DNA from: Laetmonice hystrix
Lineage: Eukaryota
Reading direction: 5' to 3'
DNA length: 64,000 bases
Assembly (NCBI GenBank): GCA_965235115.1
Contig: OZ249443.1
Span: 2,418,001-2,482,000, forward strand
Part shown: one piece after another, positions 48,601-63,600 of the stretch
Layout of the letters: each line of letters starts with the position of its first letter
How positions within the stretch are numbered: the first letter of the stretch is position 1
The notes under the pieces: generated by a model
What the model saw: only the letters and a program-made list of their open reading frames with translations
Databases searched by the model: none
Told to the model about the DNA's origin: nothing
Made by a program: the position numbers and the translations under genes

Positions 48601-51600
48601 TTGGATAACATTAGTATCTAGGTCATTGTGACCCAGTTACACTATAGAGTGACCAATAGGATTGATTGTTTCTCCTACCACAGGCTAACCGAGACGTTCC
48701 CAAGGTTCAGCTCCTGGAGCCAACCTATCAACCCCACACTTCTGCTTCCATGGTAACAGCGAGCTCGGAGACGGAGACAGAATCCACCATTCCATCGTCA
48801 CAGTGGTCGGAGAGAAGGGACGAGTTGTACGACGGAATGTCGCCTGAAGAACAAGAACTGTTTGATGAACTTCAGCGTGAGATTGAAGAACTTCGTAAAC
48901 TTCTTTCACTCAGAGACAGTCAGGCAGCTGATAAGGTAAACAAAAATATTTGAACATCTGACTTGACCTCAACAATGTTTGATGTTTCTGTTTTTGAACT
49001 CCCTGACAACTTTTTTAAGAATCAAACTCAATGTCAGTAGATCATAAGATCATTCTTATGGTCAGTACTCAGTGACAGACTGCCACATGTCTGAGCCCAT
49101 ACACTGCTCAGAGTGCTCAGACGTGCCTCTGATCCTGGTAGATTGAGAACTTTATTACCGTAAAACCTTGGCTGGCTTTGATCCAAGCAGAGTGGAGGTC
49201 CACAGGTAGGCCTGACGTTCTAGAGATTCCAGTATTCTAAGTTATGTGGTTTCATCTGTCCTACAGCCAGAACCTAGGATCCAGGCCAAGGTAAGAATAG
49301 CACACTGAAATCTGACCTTTGAACGGCTGGCAGGGATTATAATCGGATTGGCTCTGGGCCAGGTGGGAAGATATGGTCTTATCTAAAACCAGCTGAAACT
49401 ACGGCTGGCTTAACATTTTAAGTTAATTTAGTTTAAAGTTAATTTCTCAAAAGATAACTTCGCTGAAAAGAGCAAGATTCCATTAATCATTCACTCTAAT
49501 TATTTTTTTGTTTTTCGATTGGTTTTACAATTTTGTGTTGATTGAATTTTCTCAAGACTTGATGATGTTGGACTAATTTATTCCTTAAGGTAGTCGTTAG
49601 TTACTAATTGAAGTTACAAGTTACTTGTCACTTCGGATGTTTGAAGAACGTGTACAGAGAGGTTGTTTTGATAGGCACAGCACAGTAACCATTACTAACA
49701 GAATCCCAGGTCAGTCAGAGTTGTAACGTGTACCGAGTGACCTGTGCCTATAGACCCCTTGCACATGACGTCAGCAATATGATGCGTGCACAGCTTGGGT
49801 GTAAAAAACAAAGAAAATGGGTGGTCCCGCCACCTGTCGGAAACCTTACTGAATTTTTCTTTTGAAATGCACGGGCATCAGGGGTAACCCAATTACTTTG
49901 ACAATGTCCCTAAAGAGAAAAGTTGTATAGTCCTCTACAGGAATCGAACCCAGGCCCTAAGATTACTGCACCCATTCGCATAGCATAAGGTGTCGACATC
50001 CATGAAGTAAGCGTAGCCGTGTATTTTCACCCATGACGTCACCAATGTTTGTAAACTTGCAAGGGGTCTATATGTCATACACCAATAACATTTCCTCCTG
50101 ACTGCATTATTAACATCACCCATGTTGTGATGACAGTGAGCAGTTCCAGTCAGATCTGAATGAGGACAGTTTTCTCAGGTGTTTCCCTGATATTTCAGGT
50201 GGTCCAAGCCCAGAAGAAAGCGAGCCAACTGAGGGACCTGATCAACAAACGACGTCGTCGAGAGGGCAGTAGGCATGGCCGCAGGAAGGTCAGTAAATAG
50301 GTCGTAAAGATTTGGAATCAATTCAGAGATTACGGTAGCCGTACAGTATTAGTTGAGATGATATTTGTTTTACAAATGACAGGCATGCACATCATGGACT
50401 TTGTCCGATCTATTGCTAAAAAAAACCATGAAAGATGAGGGGTTGAATTTTGTCTGATTTCAAGTTTACGAGTTCTTCCTTCTCATTCCCTGATCATACT
50501 GCCATTGCACGGTACCACAGTAATATTAACGTATGACGTTTGTCTGACAGCCTTACAGTGACCGACGTCTGCGACAAGCTGCTGAAGATCTGGCACGGGC
50601 CCAGGATGAGATTGACGGCCTGCACCATGTCCTCCGACAGAAGGATCGAACCGTGCAGGCAGAGATTGTCAACGCTGACAAGTCACAACTCACCATAGGT
50701 ATGGGAATGTTAGTTTTTGTAGTCACAGATTGGTTGGGGAGTCATAGTGTTTGTGAACGTTAGTTTTTGTAGTCACAGTTTATTTGGGGAGGTCATAATG
50801 TTTGTGAACGTTAGTTTTTGTAGTCACAGATTGGTTGGGGAGTCATAGTGTTTGTGAACGTTAGTTTTTGTAGTCACAGATTGGTTGGGGAGTCATAGTG
50901 TTTGTGAACGTTAGTTTTTGTAGTCACAGTTTAGTTGGGGAGGTCATAATGTTTGTGAACGTTAGTTTTTGTAGTCACAGATTGGTTGGGGAGGTCATAG
51001 TGTTTGTGAACGTTAGTTTTTGTAGTCACAGTTTGGTTGGGGAGGTCATAGTGTTTGTGAATGTTAATTTTTGTAGTCACAGATTGGTTGCGAAGTCATA
51101 ATGTTTGTGAATGTTAGTTTTTGTCTCGTCCTGACAGATTGGTTGAAGAGGTTACATTCACCCACTAGATGGCAGCAGTGTATGTACTGAGTCTGGGCGG
51201 TCTTTTTTTTTTGCTTTTAAGATTTCAGTGGATTGGCACTCAGGCCTAAAGTTAACATGACTCACATTGAACCTGTCTAGGAATAAATGCTGTTAACAAT
51301 TCGTCCCTGTCCTCTTCCAGTCTATTTTCAACTTGACTTTTTCAGCGTTTTGTGGTTGTTTTGCACCCAGAGATGTTCATTTATTTGGTAACAACTGAAA
51401 TCTCTTTAATATTTGGAGGTGGTGTTCACAATCTCGGTACTCCTTGTACTTTGAAATGTTCTAGATTCTTTGTGTGGTGTTTAGGAATGGTTGAAAGGAT
51501 TTTAATTGACTCACCTAAAGACTGTCAGCGCACAATATTTTCGTGAAGAGAATAATACAGAGTTATTCTCATTTATATATCTCGGTGGTATTGGCAGTCC

Positions 51601-54600
51601 TCAAGTTTTTCTCCTGTTCTTTTTTTTCTTCTCTGTATATATAATTTTTAATATTTGAAGGTAGACTGCAGATAATGTTTGTGTTGTAGAAAACCCTGTG
51701 GTGATCCCACTGAGTATTTGTCGTATGTTCTGTAATGTTTGTGTTGTAGAAAACCCTGTGGTGATCCCACTGAGTATTTGTCGTATGTTCTGTAATGTTT
51801 GTGTTATAGAAAACCCTGTGGTGATCCCACTGAGTATTTGTCGTATGTTCTGACAGCTGACCAGCAGAAAGAGATCGATAACCTCCATGATATCTTGGAG
51901 GACCAGCGTTCAGAGATCGTACGACTTGACCAATTGCTTGACCACCTCCATGGCCAACCACAAGGTCAGACAAGGACACCTTTTCTATGACCTTCCATCA
52001 AATTTTCAATTTTTTCTGTCTCTGACTCAGACTTTGAAAAAATGTCTTCGTGAGAATAAAAGATCTTATCTTTTAGATGTGATGATATATGTCTTTGATA
52101 AAACATGTTTGTCATGTCTGTGCCGTAAATGAGGTTCTATATGAGTTCATCCTGGCCAAGTTTTTCAAATGCTGAACACCTTTGATTGGCTGGCTGCTAC
52201 AATAAGCTTATCACAAACTTTGAAAAACGGTGTCCTGATCTTGTGTACCCTGGCAGGTAGTATCCAGGGTTACGACACAGCCGTGCAGGCCTTACGACAA
52301 GACGCAGCCAACCTCCGCACATCCATCTCCCAGCACGGACCTCGCATCCAGAACTTGGGCTCACCCAATGGTCGTACCCAGTACAGGCCAACTCAGGTCA
52401 GCTGTGGAATAGAAGACTTACTTAACATTCTATAGTTACATTACATATGTAAGAAAATGTAGCTTGTGATAGAAACAATATTTAGAGGATATGATAGTTA
52501 ATGTAGGTTGAAGCTGTCTTCCTTATTAGTTTAAAACCAGCACTGAGAGCCCTTGAAGAGTTGAGCCTGTGGAAGTGTTCTAGTATCAGAAGATCTTATT
52601 CCATGATCTTCCCTTCCTTCCAGCATCCTCCATACCGGCCAGGAGACGGGCGGCCCTCCCATGATCCCCAGAATATTGGGCCCGGGGGGTACGCCCCCCA
52701 ACCTCTGCAACCCCAGCCTGGACACCAGAGTATGCCTCCTAGTTACCCATCCGCGCCACCAGGGGGCATGATTGCTCCACCAATGTATGGTAAGGAAGAT
52801 TTCTATAATCCTGCAATAATTCCTCCTTTTTAAATTAAAATCTTGATTTATTAGAATACTCCAGTCATGTAAAGAATATAAAAATAAAAAAAATTGTTTT
52901 TTTTTTGTTTGTTTTTTTCAGGGCCTCCTCCAACAACTTCCAATGGTTATTTCCATCCTGGAGCTGGACAAGTCCATGTTGGCCCTACCATGGGGGCCTC
53001 AGGTGGGTTGGTGTCAGCCCCACCTGCACCCCCTCCACCCAGTGGTATGACCTATGTGACAGCACCCCTAATGCAGACACCAGCGACACCTGGTGGCTAC
53101 AGGACACAACAAATCTCAGGTAACCTCCACCGACACTCGGAAGGAGATTTGTTTTAAATTATTTTGTCAAAACTTTTAAACAAATACAGCAAAGTAATCA
53201 CATGAAACCGTCTTCATATAACCTTCTTTATATAATTTTTTTTTAAAGATTTTTTTAAATTTTATTTTTTGATAATCATGACCACAGAGGGTGGGTACCT
53301 ACCATCGACACCAGTAGCAGGGTCAGGGATGCAGGTCGTCGTGAATGACCCCAATACCCTTGTCCGAGCATCCTCTCTCCCCATCATGGTTAGCACCCCG
53401 CTGGGGGCGGCCAGCCACAGTAAGTGCTCCGCCCTGTCTTAGTTCAAAAATTTCATTTTTATCTGCGTCTTGATAATGACCCTAAAACTTCCACTGAATT
53501 GTTCTTGCCAGCAGACTAAACGTGCCGTAGATCCGTCAGGATAGCCATAATTCTTTGCTTGATAGAGTTTTCAACATTAATATGTTGATGTCAGTGTTGT
53601 ATGTGTTTTCTAGCCGTGCAGGCCGTCAGTCCTGTGAAGGGAATCCTGAAGACTGGTACGGGGGACGGTGCAAACATCACAGATGGTGCGAATATCTGTA
53701 ACATCCCGGAACATCATGATCTGGTAAGTTATGTACTCAGGGCAAGGTAACATCTCAGACAGTGCCATCTGTAACATCTCAGACAGTGCCATCTGTAACA
53801 TCCGAGACTGTGCCATCTGTAACATCCTAGACTGTGCCATCTGAAACATCTCAGACAGTGCCATCTGTAACATCCAAGACTGTGCCATCTGAAACATATC
53901 AGACAGTGCCATCTTTAACATCCTAGACAGTGCCATCTGTAACATCCTAGACTGTGCCATCTGTAACATCCTAGACTGTGCCATCTGTAACATCCTAATC
54001 TGTGCCATCTGATAGCAATCTCTGACATGTTGCAGGAGGATTACATCGCCAAACTCCAAGCCAAGGTCAAGTCTCTCAAGGACAAACTACGAGGACGAAC
54101 AGTTAGTGTTGCTCAGATCTTTTTCACCATAAACCATTTGATAAAAGTTAGGATGTATGGAACATGACAGTACGTTAAGATGAACCAAGTATTGATCCTA
54201 ATGTTATGAGTGAATGTGTTGTAGGAGTCGCAGGATGACGCTCGCCATGTGTTGTTTGAAGATGACAGAACAGAGCGGCAAGCAGTCCGTCGTCTGAAGG
54301 CAGAACTAGAGGTCAGTCTTCTACACACCTTAGCCCATCCTGCACACACTCTCTTAGCTTCTATATGTACTTTATTTCATAAGTAAATTTTATGTTTGTA
54401 TGTTAAGTTTGTAAATTTAAAGTTACTCCAGTGTAAAGGATGTCGTAATATGTTGTAATTAGGAGCGTCGCGGTGAGCTGGAGGGCCTTGACCTTGACAT
54501 TGAACGTCAGAAGAGAAGTCTGCGAGACATGAAAGAACAGGAGAAAACATTACGCTTCCAGCGGCGAGCAGCACGACGACAGCTGCAGAAATTACGACAG

Positions 54601-57600
54601 GGACAAAGATCCAATGAAAGGTAGATCATTCTAACACCCTGATGGCAGTGAGGGAAGGCACACTCTTCACATCGTGGCAGTTCCCTGACATTCTAGTAAA
54701 AGTTTTGTAAATGGGGACCTTTAGTTTACACATGTAGATTGAGTTTGGTTTCCCAGTAAAATCTCTGGCTCTCTTCAAGGTCACTCCTGGAAGATGACCT
54801 TTACAATGACGTCGATGAGCTTGACCCTGACCTTGACTACGACCCGACCTCCAAGGAAGGTCGCAAGCCGTACCTGATGGACGAGATAGATTGTCTGGAG
54901 GACACCCTGGCCAGGAGAAGGGCTGAGCTACGGGAATCAAACAGTCTCCTCCGGGAGGCTCAGGCACATTTTGACACCGTCAAAACTGAGGTATGTAGGG
55001 GATCTGACAGGAAATATAATGACAGCAGGGCGTTTTAAAAAAAGTCTTTTGTATTGGTCTTTATTTCAACTTTCCCTCTTAGTCACCATTGCCCCCATGT
55101 TTGCCACTTTCCCATGCCAGCCCCTCCCTCCCCCCCCCCCCCCCCCCCCGCCTTTACCAAATCTTCATCTATATCTGGAGGACAGTTTGATTCTGTTCAT
55201 TCCGAACCATCTTACCATCATTATCAGTGTTTCCATAGTTGTCAGATTTAGATTTTGGTGCGGTTCCCTCCTCAGATATTGTTATTTGGGGTCATGGTGG
55301 CAGTCCACGTGATCTGAGAGTTTATTTGTTAATAGGCCAGGATGACCATCCAGGAGTACACAGAGGCCAAGACGAGCTACGCCCAAACATTGCAGGATGC
55401 GGAGGAGATAGAGAAACGAGCTCATGACACTGGCGTGGAGCTCGTCAAGGCCCAGGAGGAGCTTGACTATCTGAAGGCTGAGCTGAGTGAGCTACGGAAA
55501 GAGAAATCATCCAATGAGGACATGATGAAAGAAATCCGCAAGGTTATCTCGGCCAAGGACGCCGAGTTCCAAGGTTTTGACGGTAAACTCAAGGAGACAC
55601 TGACAAGGTTAGTCAGTCATCACAGAACTCAATCGGTACAAATAGCATCTGCAAAAAGAGCAAGTTGGCTGCTGATGTCAGCTGGAGTAATTAATATCAT
55701 CTTTGTTTATTCGTTCATGTTTAAGAAATAGTGAGTTAAAAATGATCTAAGATGGTCTTGTTGGTTTATAGGCTGGCCAGTGTGCAGACCGAGTTAGCTC
55801 AGGCAGAGGAACAGCAGCGCGAGCGTGTCCAGCGAATCACAGAGTGCGAGCAAGTCATTGCTCTTCGTCACAAGGAAATCGATGCCGTAAACGAAAAGGT
55901 CATTTTCTGGGTCATGTTCTTGTAATTATACCAAGTCGGAGGTCAATAATTCAGAGTAGAAATAATAATATTTATAGATAATGTTTTAGTGAGAATGTGT
56001 GAGCAATGATTCATTGTTACGGAATATACAAAGTAGAAAAATTAAGGTTGACAATGACATGAGTATCTTGTATTGTTTTTTCCCCCTGAACAACACAAAT
56101 GCAGTAAGATTTGAACAGACACGATCCTTGCAGAAACTTATAGATTGATAACCTGATTTATCCCAATCAAAGATCGCTGACCAGAGGCGAGAGTTGGAGA
56201 GAGTCGACCGTGAGACTGGAGTGAAGGAAGCAGAGTGGGACGTCTTCCGTAAAGCGCTGGAGAGTAGACAAAATCAGCTGCAGGATCTCGGTCATCAAGT
56301 GGAACAAGATATGGTTGTCAAACGACGAAACATGCAGGTGAGAGATGTTCGGGTAACATTTACGTTAAAATCACAGGATATCCTGAGTAAACGATGAATT
56401 ATTTATACCTTCAAAAATCTCAGACCAGTCTGTAATACGATAGCTCACTCTGACCGTGGACTTTTTTACTCCCAGACCATTGAGGATGGCCTGGAGGAAC
56501 TCCGACAGGAGCGTCTCCATATCGAGGGAGACATCCGTGACAAAAAGGTTCAATTGAACGAGGTAAGTGAACTCTGCAACCATGCACTGAACTTTACCTC
56601 TATCTCTGCATGCACCAGAATATGGGTGAAACTGATCAAGAGTTTAAGTGGGAAAAGTCTGCTGCTTGAAGATTCACCTCAAAGAAAAAGATCATGTATA
56701 GGTTGTGAGGTAGTATGGATTTAAAAGATAGTGGACTGAACCATTCCAAGTCCATTAGACAAACAAATCAAACCGAGTTGATTGAGGACGAGTTAACGGT
56801 GTGAGTGATAATAGGTGACTGTGAAGGTCGATCACGAGGAAGCAGTACTGCAGAGTCTAGCCGCTACTACAACCAAACAACGCAGTGAACTGGCCGAGGT
56901 CAGGGAGCAAACAGAGCTACAACTGGCTGACCTTGACAAGGTCATGGGTCATAGGTCACAACTTCAGGCTCAGCTGGACGCAGGGACCGAGGTAACCTCT
57001 GTAGGCACTAGTCACGGCAGCATGTCACTCACAGCTAGGTCCCCCAGTCTCAGGGTCAGCTGGACGTGGGGACCCAGGTAACCTCTGTAGACACTAGTCA
57101 CGGCAGCATGTCACTCACAGCTAGGTCCCCCAGTCTCAGGGTCAGCTGGACGCAGGGACCGAGGTAACCTCTGTAGGCACTAGTCACGGCAGCATGTCAC
57201 TCACAGCTAGGTCCCCCAGTCTCAGGGTCAGCTGGACGTGGGGACCGAGGTAACCTCTGTAGACACTAGTCACGGCAGCATGTCACTCACAGCTAGGTCC
57301 CCCAGTCTCAGGGTCAGCTGGGCGTGGGGACCGAGGTAACCTCTGTAGACACTAGTCACGGCAGCATGTCACTCACAGCTAGGTCCTCCAGTCTCAGGGT
57401 CAGCTGGACGTGGGGACCGAGGTAACCTCTGTAGACACTAGTCACGGCAGCATGTCACTCACAGCTAGGTCCCCCAGTCTCAGGGTCAGCTGGACGCAGG
57501 GACCGAGGTAACCTCTGTAGGCACTAGTCACGGCAGCATGTCACTCACAGCTAGGTCCCCCAGTCTCAGGGTCAGCTGGACGTGGGGACCGAGGTAACCT

Positions 57601-60600
57601 CTGTAGACACTAGTCACGGCAGCATGTCACTCACAGCTAGGTCCCCCAGTCTCAGGGTCAGCTGGACGCAGGGACCGAGGTAACCTCTGTAGGCACTAGT
57701 CACGGCAGCATGTCACTCACAGCTAGGTCCCCCAGTCTGGGTCAGCTGGACGTGGGGACCGAGGTAACCTCTGTAGACACTAGTCACGGCAGCATGTCAC
57801 TCACAGCTAGGTCCCCCAGTCTCAGGGTCAGCTGGACGTGGGGACCGAGGTAACCTCTGTAGACACTAGTCACGGCAGCATGTCACTCACAGCTAGGTCC
57901 CCCAGTCTCAGGGTCAGCTGGACGCAGGTACTGAGGTAACCTCTGTAGGCACTAGTCACGGCAGCATGTCACTCACAGCTAGGTCCCCCAGTCTCAGGGT
58001 CAGCTGGACGTGGGGACCGAGGTAACCTCTGTAGACACTAGTCACGGCAGCATGTCACTCACAGCTAGGTCCCCCAGTCTCAGGGTCAGCTGGACGTGGG
58101 GACCGAGGTAACCTCTGTAGGCACTAGTCACGGCAGCATGTCATTCACAGCTAGGTCCCCCAGTCAGGGTCAGCTGGACATGGGGACCGAGGTAACCTCT
58201 GTAGACACTAGTCACGGCAGCATGTCACTCACAGCTAGGTCCCCCAGTCTCAGGGTCAGCTGGACGTGGGGACCGAGGTAACCTCTGTAGGCACTAGTCA
58301 CGGCAGCATGTCACTCACAGCTAGGTCCCCCAGTCTCAGGGTCAGCTGGACGCAGGGACTGAGGTAACCTCTGTAGACACTAGTCACGGCAGCATGTCAC
58401 TCACAGCTAGGTCCCCCAGTCTGAGGGTCAGCTGGACGTGGGGACTGAGGTAACCTCTGTAGGCACTAGTCACGGCAGCATGTCACTCACAGCTAGGTCC
58501 CCCAGTCTCAGGGTCAGCTGGACGTGGGGACCGAGGTAACCTCTGTAGACACTAGTCACGGCAGCATGTCGCTCACACCTATGTTACAGCTAGCTTGACA
58601 TGGCCATAATAGCTAAAAAAAATATACAACTTGGATGGTACAAGGCTTCAAATCTTTATAACATTATAGTAATAATATTATTACAAGAAAAAAAATTCAA
58701 GAAAAAAGGTGGGGTTTTTTATGCGCTTGAAATACAAATGTTGTCATGCCTGTTTATGTAGTCTTTTTCAGCACTGCATGTGACCTGGGCCCGGTTTTAG
58801 AGAGGTTAGCATGATCTTAACTTAAGCTCTGCTTAGCCTTTTAGGACCCCTGATTGGCTGGTCCTCTGCTGCTCAGCTTCAACCAGCCAATCAGGGGTCA
58901 TAAAAGGCTAAGCAGAGCTTAAGTTAAGATCATGCTAACCTCTCTGAAACCGGGCCCTGGTATTCAGGTTCTTTTATACGAAAATTAACTTGCAATCAGT
59001 AGCTGAACTGAAGGTGTTTACACTTGTGTTGTATTATTTACCCACAGACAGTGGCCGAACTGAAGGTGTTTACACTTGTGTTGTATTATTTACACACAGA
59101 CGGTGGCCGAACTGAAGGTGTTTACACTTGTGTTGTATTATTTACACACAGACAGTAGCCGAACTGAAGCAGCTGAAGACAGAGATTGGTCAGAGAAAAG
59201 TTGACCTTGAGACTCTCAAGGACAAGTGTGACGGTCAGCGGGAGGAACTGGAGAGCCTCCTGACTCAGCGTCACGCCCTGGAGGGGGGCGTACTGGGACT
59301 CCGCAAGGAGAAGGTCTCACTGGAGGAGACTCAACGGATGGCAGAGAAACGGCTCAAACAACTTCAAAGGTAGGGCGGATATACTCGGAAAACATAAAGA
59401 AACTGGCCAGAATGAGAGACTGTCAACTACGTCTTTTAGAGAAGCCACTCATAATTCCAATATTTTATGTGAACTTTAAATCAGAATAAAAGAACTTCAC
59501 CTTTTCTTCTCATCAGGATTGTTGAAGATGTTGAAGTCTGAATTGCTTCATTATTACCAAAAGTTTTGTCTCAATGTTTTGTTTGTGATAATCCAGGAAC
59601 CAGCTCCAAGCTGAAGACTCGATCAAAGCGTCACAAAGCCAGGCCATCCAGATGGAGCGGGACCTCCGTAACATTGAGGCAGACATTGACGATGCTCGCC
59701 GTGAGAAAGCTTCTGTCAAACAGCAAGTGGCCAACATAAAAACCTTCCTTCAAGGTACACCCTCCATTTATTGTAACATTTTAATGAAGTTCTAATCTGA
59801 CTTGTATAAAGAGCAGTGTGAATGATGAGTCTATGTTTTTTTCGGACAGATGGCCAGCACGAGATGGAAAGAGTAAAGGCTCAACTCAAGGACACAGAGA
59901 AACAAGTCGAGATGTTGACCCAGGTCAGTGCTGCCACCACCGGCAGGGGCAGGAACTACGGACCGTTCATGGGACAGGGGTACCACCCGCTCAGTGGCAC
60001 CCCCTACTGGGGAAACTGGGAACTAAAGTGGTGGTCATACCTGTAAGCTAGTGGGCATGACATAGGGTTATTAATTTATGGTAACTTCTCCACGAAAGTT
60101 TTGGGTAAGAGTTAGGGTTAAGGATAGGGATAGGGATATGTTGGGGAGGTCTAGGGACCGGGGTTAGGGTTGAGGTCAGGGATGGGGATAGGGATAGATC
60201 TTTACTTACGACCAAATTTCGTGGAGTTGAAGTTGCTATGAATTATATACCGACATCAGAAAGGTACAACAAAGGCAGAGTTGTGTAAGGTGGTGCAGCA
60301 CACGTTGATAATGGTGATATTGATCAGTACACGTGTACTTAACATGTACTCAGCCAGGTCAGGCTCAGAGGAAGGTATGAGGGCATAGTGTACATTGAAA
60401 GTTCGGGAACAAATGTCAAGGTTAGTGAACACAAAAACTGAGTGGGTGAAGTGTTGAAAGCCTCACACACCTATAGAGGCACACCCTGGCCCACATAGAG
60501 GTCTATTCAGTCCACCCATTGTTTGACCTCACACACCTATAGAGGCACACCCTGGCCGACATAGAGGTCTATTTAGTCCGCCCATTGTTTGACCTCACAC

Positions 60601-63600
60601 ACCTACAGAGGCACACCCTGGCCCACATAGAGGTCTATTCAGTCCACCCATTGTTTGACCTCACACACCTATAGAGGCACACCCTGGCCGACATAGAGGT
60701 CTATTCAGTCCACCCATTGTTTGACCTCACACACCTATAGAGGCACACCCTGGCCCACATAGAGGTCTATTCAGTCCATCCATTGTTTGACCTCACACAC
60801 CTATAGAGGCACACCCTGGCCCACATAGAGGTCTATTCAGTCCACCCATTGTTTGACCTCACACACCTATAGAGGCACACCCTGGCCCACATAGAGGTCT
60901 ATTCAGTCCACCCATTGTTTGACCTCACACACCTATAGAGGCACACCCTGGCCCACATAGAGGTCTATTCAGTCCACCCATTGTTTGACCTCTCACACCC
61001 TATAGAAGCACACCCTGGCCCACATAGAGGTCTATTCAGTCCACCCATTGTTTGACCTCACACACCTATAGAGGCACACCCTGGCCCACATAGAGGTCTA
61101 TTCAGTCCACCCATTGTTTGACCTCTCACACCCTATAGAGGCACACCCTGGCCCACATAGAGGTCTATTCAGTCCACCCATTGTTTGACCTCACACACCT
61201 ATAGAGGCACACCCTGGCCCACATAGAGGTCTATTCAGTCCATCCATTGTTTGACCTCACACACCTATAGAGGCACACCCTGGCCCACATAGAGGTCTAT
61301 TCAGTCCACCCATTGTTTGACCTCACACACCTATAGAGGCACACCCTGGCCCACATAGAGGTCTATTCAGTCCATCCATTGTTTGACCTCACACACCTAT
61401 AGAGGCACACCCTGGCCCACATAGAGGTCTATTCAGTCCACCCATTGTTTGACCTCACACACCCTATAGAAGCACACCCTGGCCCACATAGAGGTCTATT
61501 CAGTCCACCCATTGTTTGACCTCACACACCTATAGAGGCACACCCTGGCCCACATAGAGGTCTATTCAGTCCACCCATTGTTTGACCTCACACACCTATA
61601 GAGGCACACCCTGGCCCACATAGAGGTCTATTCAGTCCACCCATTGTTTGACCTCACACACCTATAGAGGCACACCCTGGCCCACATAGAGGTCTATTCA
61701 GTCCGCCCATTGTTTGACCTCACACACCTATAGAGGCACACCCTGGCCCACATAGAGGTCTATTCAGTCCACCCATTGTTTGACCTCACACACCTATAGA
61801 GGCACACCCTGGCCCACATAGAGGTCTATTCAGTCCACCCATTGTTTGACCTCACACACCTATAGAGGCACACCCTGGCCCACATAGAGGTCTATTCAGT
61901 CCACCCATTGTTTGACCTCACACACCTATAGAGGCACACCCTGGCCCACATAGAGGTCTATTCAGTCCACCCATTGTTTGACCTCACACACCTATAGAGG
62001 CACACCCTGGCCCACATAGAGGTCTATTCAATCCATCCATTGTTTGACCTCACACACCTATAGAGGCACGCCCTGGCCCACATAGAGGTCTATTCAGTCC
62101 ACCCATTGTTTGACCTCACACACCTATAGAGGCACACCCTGGCCCACATAGAGGTCTATTCAGTCCATCCATTGTTTGACCTCACACACCTATAGAGGCA
62201 CGCCCTGGCCGACATAGAGGTCTATTCAGTCCACCCATTGTTTGACCTCACACACCTATAGAGGCACACCCTGGCCCACATAGAGGTCTATTCAATCCAT
62301 CCATTGTTTGACCTCACACACCTATAGAGGCACACCCTGGCCCACATAGAGGTCTATTCAGTCCGCCCATTGTTTGACCTCACACACCTATAGAGGCACA
62401 CCCTGGCCCACATAGAGGTCTATTCAGTCCACCCATTGTTTGACCTCACACACCTATAGAGGCACACCCTGGCCCACATAGAGGTCTATTCAGTCCACCC
62501 ATTGTTTGACCTCACACACCTATAGAGGCACACCCTGGCCCACATAGAGGTCTATTCAGTCCACCCATTGTTTGACCTCACACACCTATAGAGGCACACC
62601 CTGGCCCACATAGAGGTCTATTCAGTCCACCCATTGTTTGACCTCACACACCTATAGAGGCACACCCTGGCCCACATAGAGGTCTATTCAGTCCACCCAT
62701 TGTTTGACCTCACACACCTATAGAGGCACACCCTGGCCCACATAGAGGTCTATTCAGTCCACCCATTGTTTGACCTCACACACCTATAGAGGCACACCCT
62801 GGCCCACATAGAGGTCTATTCAGTCCACCCATTGTTTGACCTCACACACCTATAGAGGCACACCCTGGCCCACATAGAGGTCTATTCAGTCCATCCATTG
62901 TTTGACCTCACACACCTATAGAGGCACACCCTGGCCCACATAGAGGTCTATTCAGTCCACCCATTGTTTGACCTCACACACCTATAGAGGCACACCCTGG
63001 CCCACATAGAGGTCTATTCAGTCCACCCATTGTTTGACCTCACACACCTATAGAGGCACACCCTGGCCCACATAGAGGTCTATTCAGTCCATCCATTGTT
63101 TGACCTCACACACCTATAGAGGCACACCCTGGCCCACATAGAGGTCTATTCAGTCCACCCATTGTTTGACCTCACACACCTATAGAGGCACACCCTGGCC
63201 CACATAGAGGTCTATTCAGTCCGCCCATTGTTTGACCTCACACACCTATAGAGGCACACCCTGGCCCACATAGAGGTCTATTCAGTCCACCCATTGTTTG
63301 ACCTCACACACCTATAGAGGCACACCCTGGCCCACATAGAGGTCTATTCAGTCCACCCATTGTTTGACCTCACACACCTATAGAGGCACACCCTGGCCCA
63401 CATAGAGGTCTATTCAGTCCATCCATTGTTTGACCTCACACACCTATAGAGGCACACCCTGGCCCACATAGAGGTCTATTCAGTCCGCCCATTGTTTGAC
63501 CTCACACACCTATAGAGGCACACCCTGGCCCACATAGAGGTCTATTCAGTCCACCCATTGTTTGACCTCACACACCTATAGAGGCACACCCTGGCCCACA

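Noticed and set aside
49925-49975. tRNA gene or SINE
   Set aside because: Only a B-box-like segment is present, with no A-box or cloverleaf, and it sits inside a TIR element.
60105-60195. Telomere or interstitial telomeric array
   Set aside because: Only a few degenerate ttaggg/ataggg words, enclosed by inverted repeats of a small MITE.
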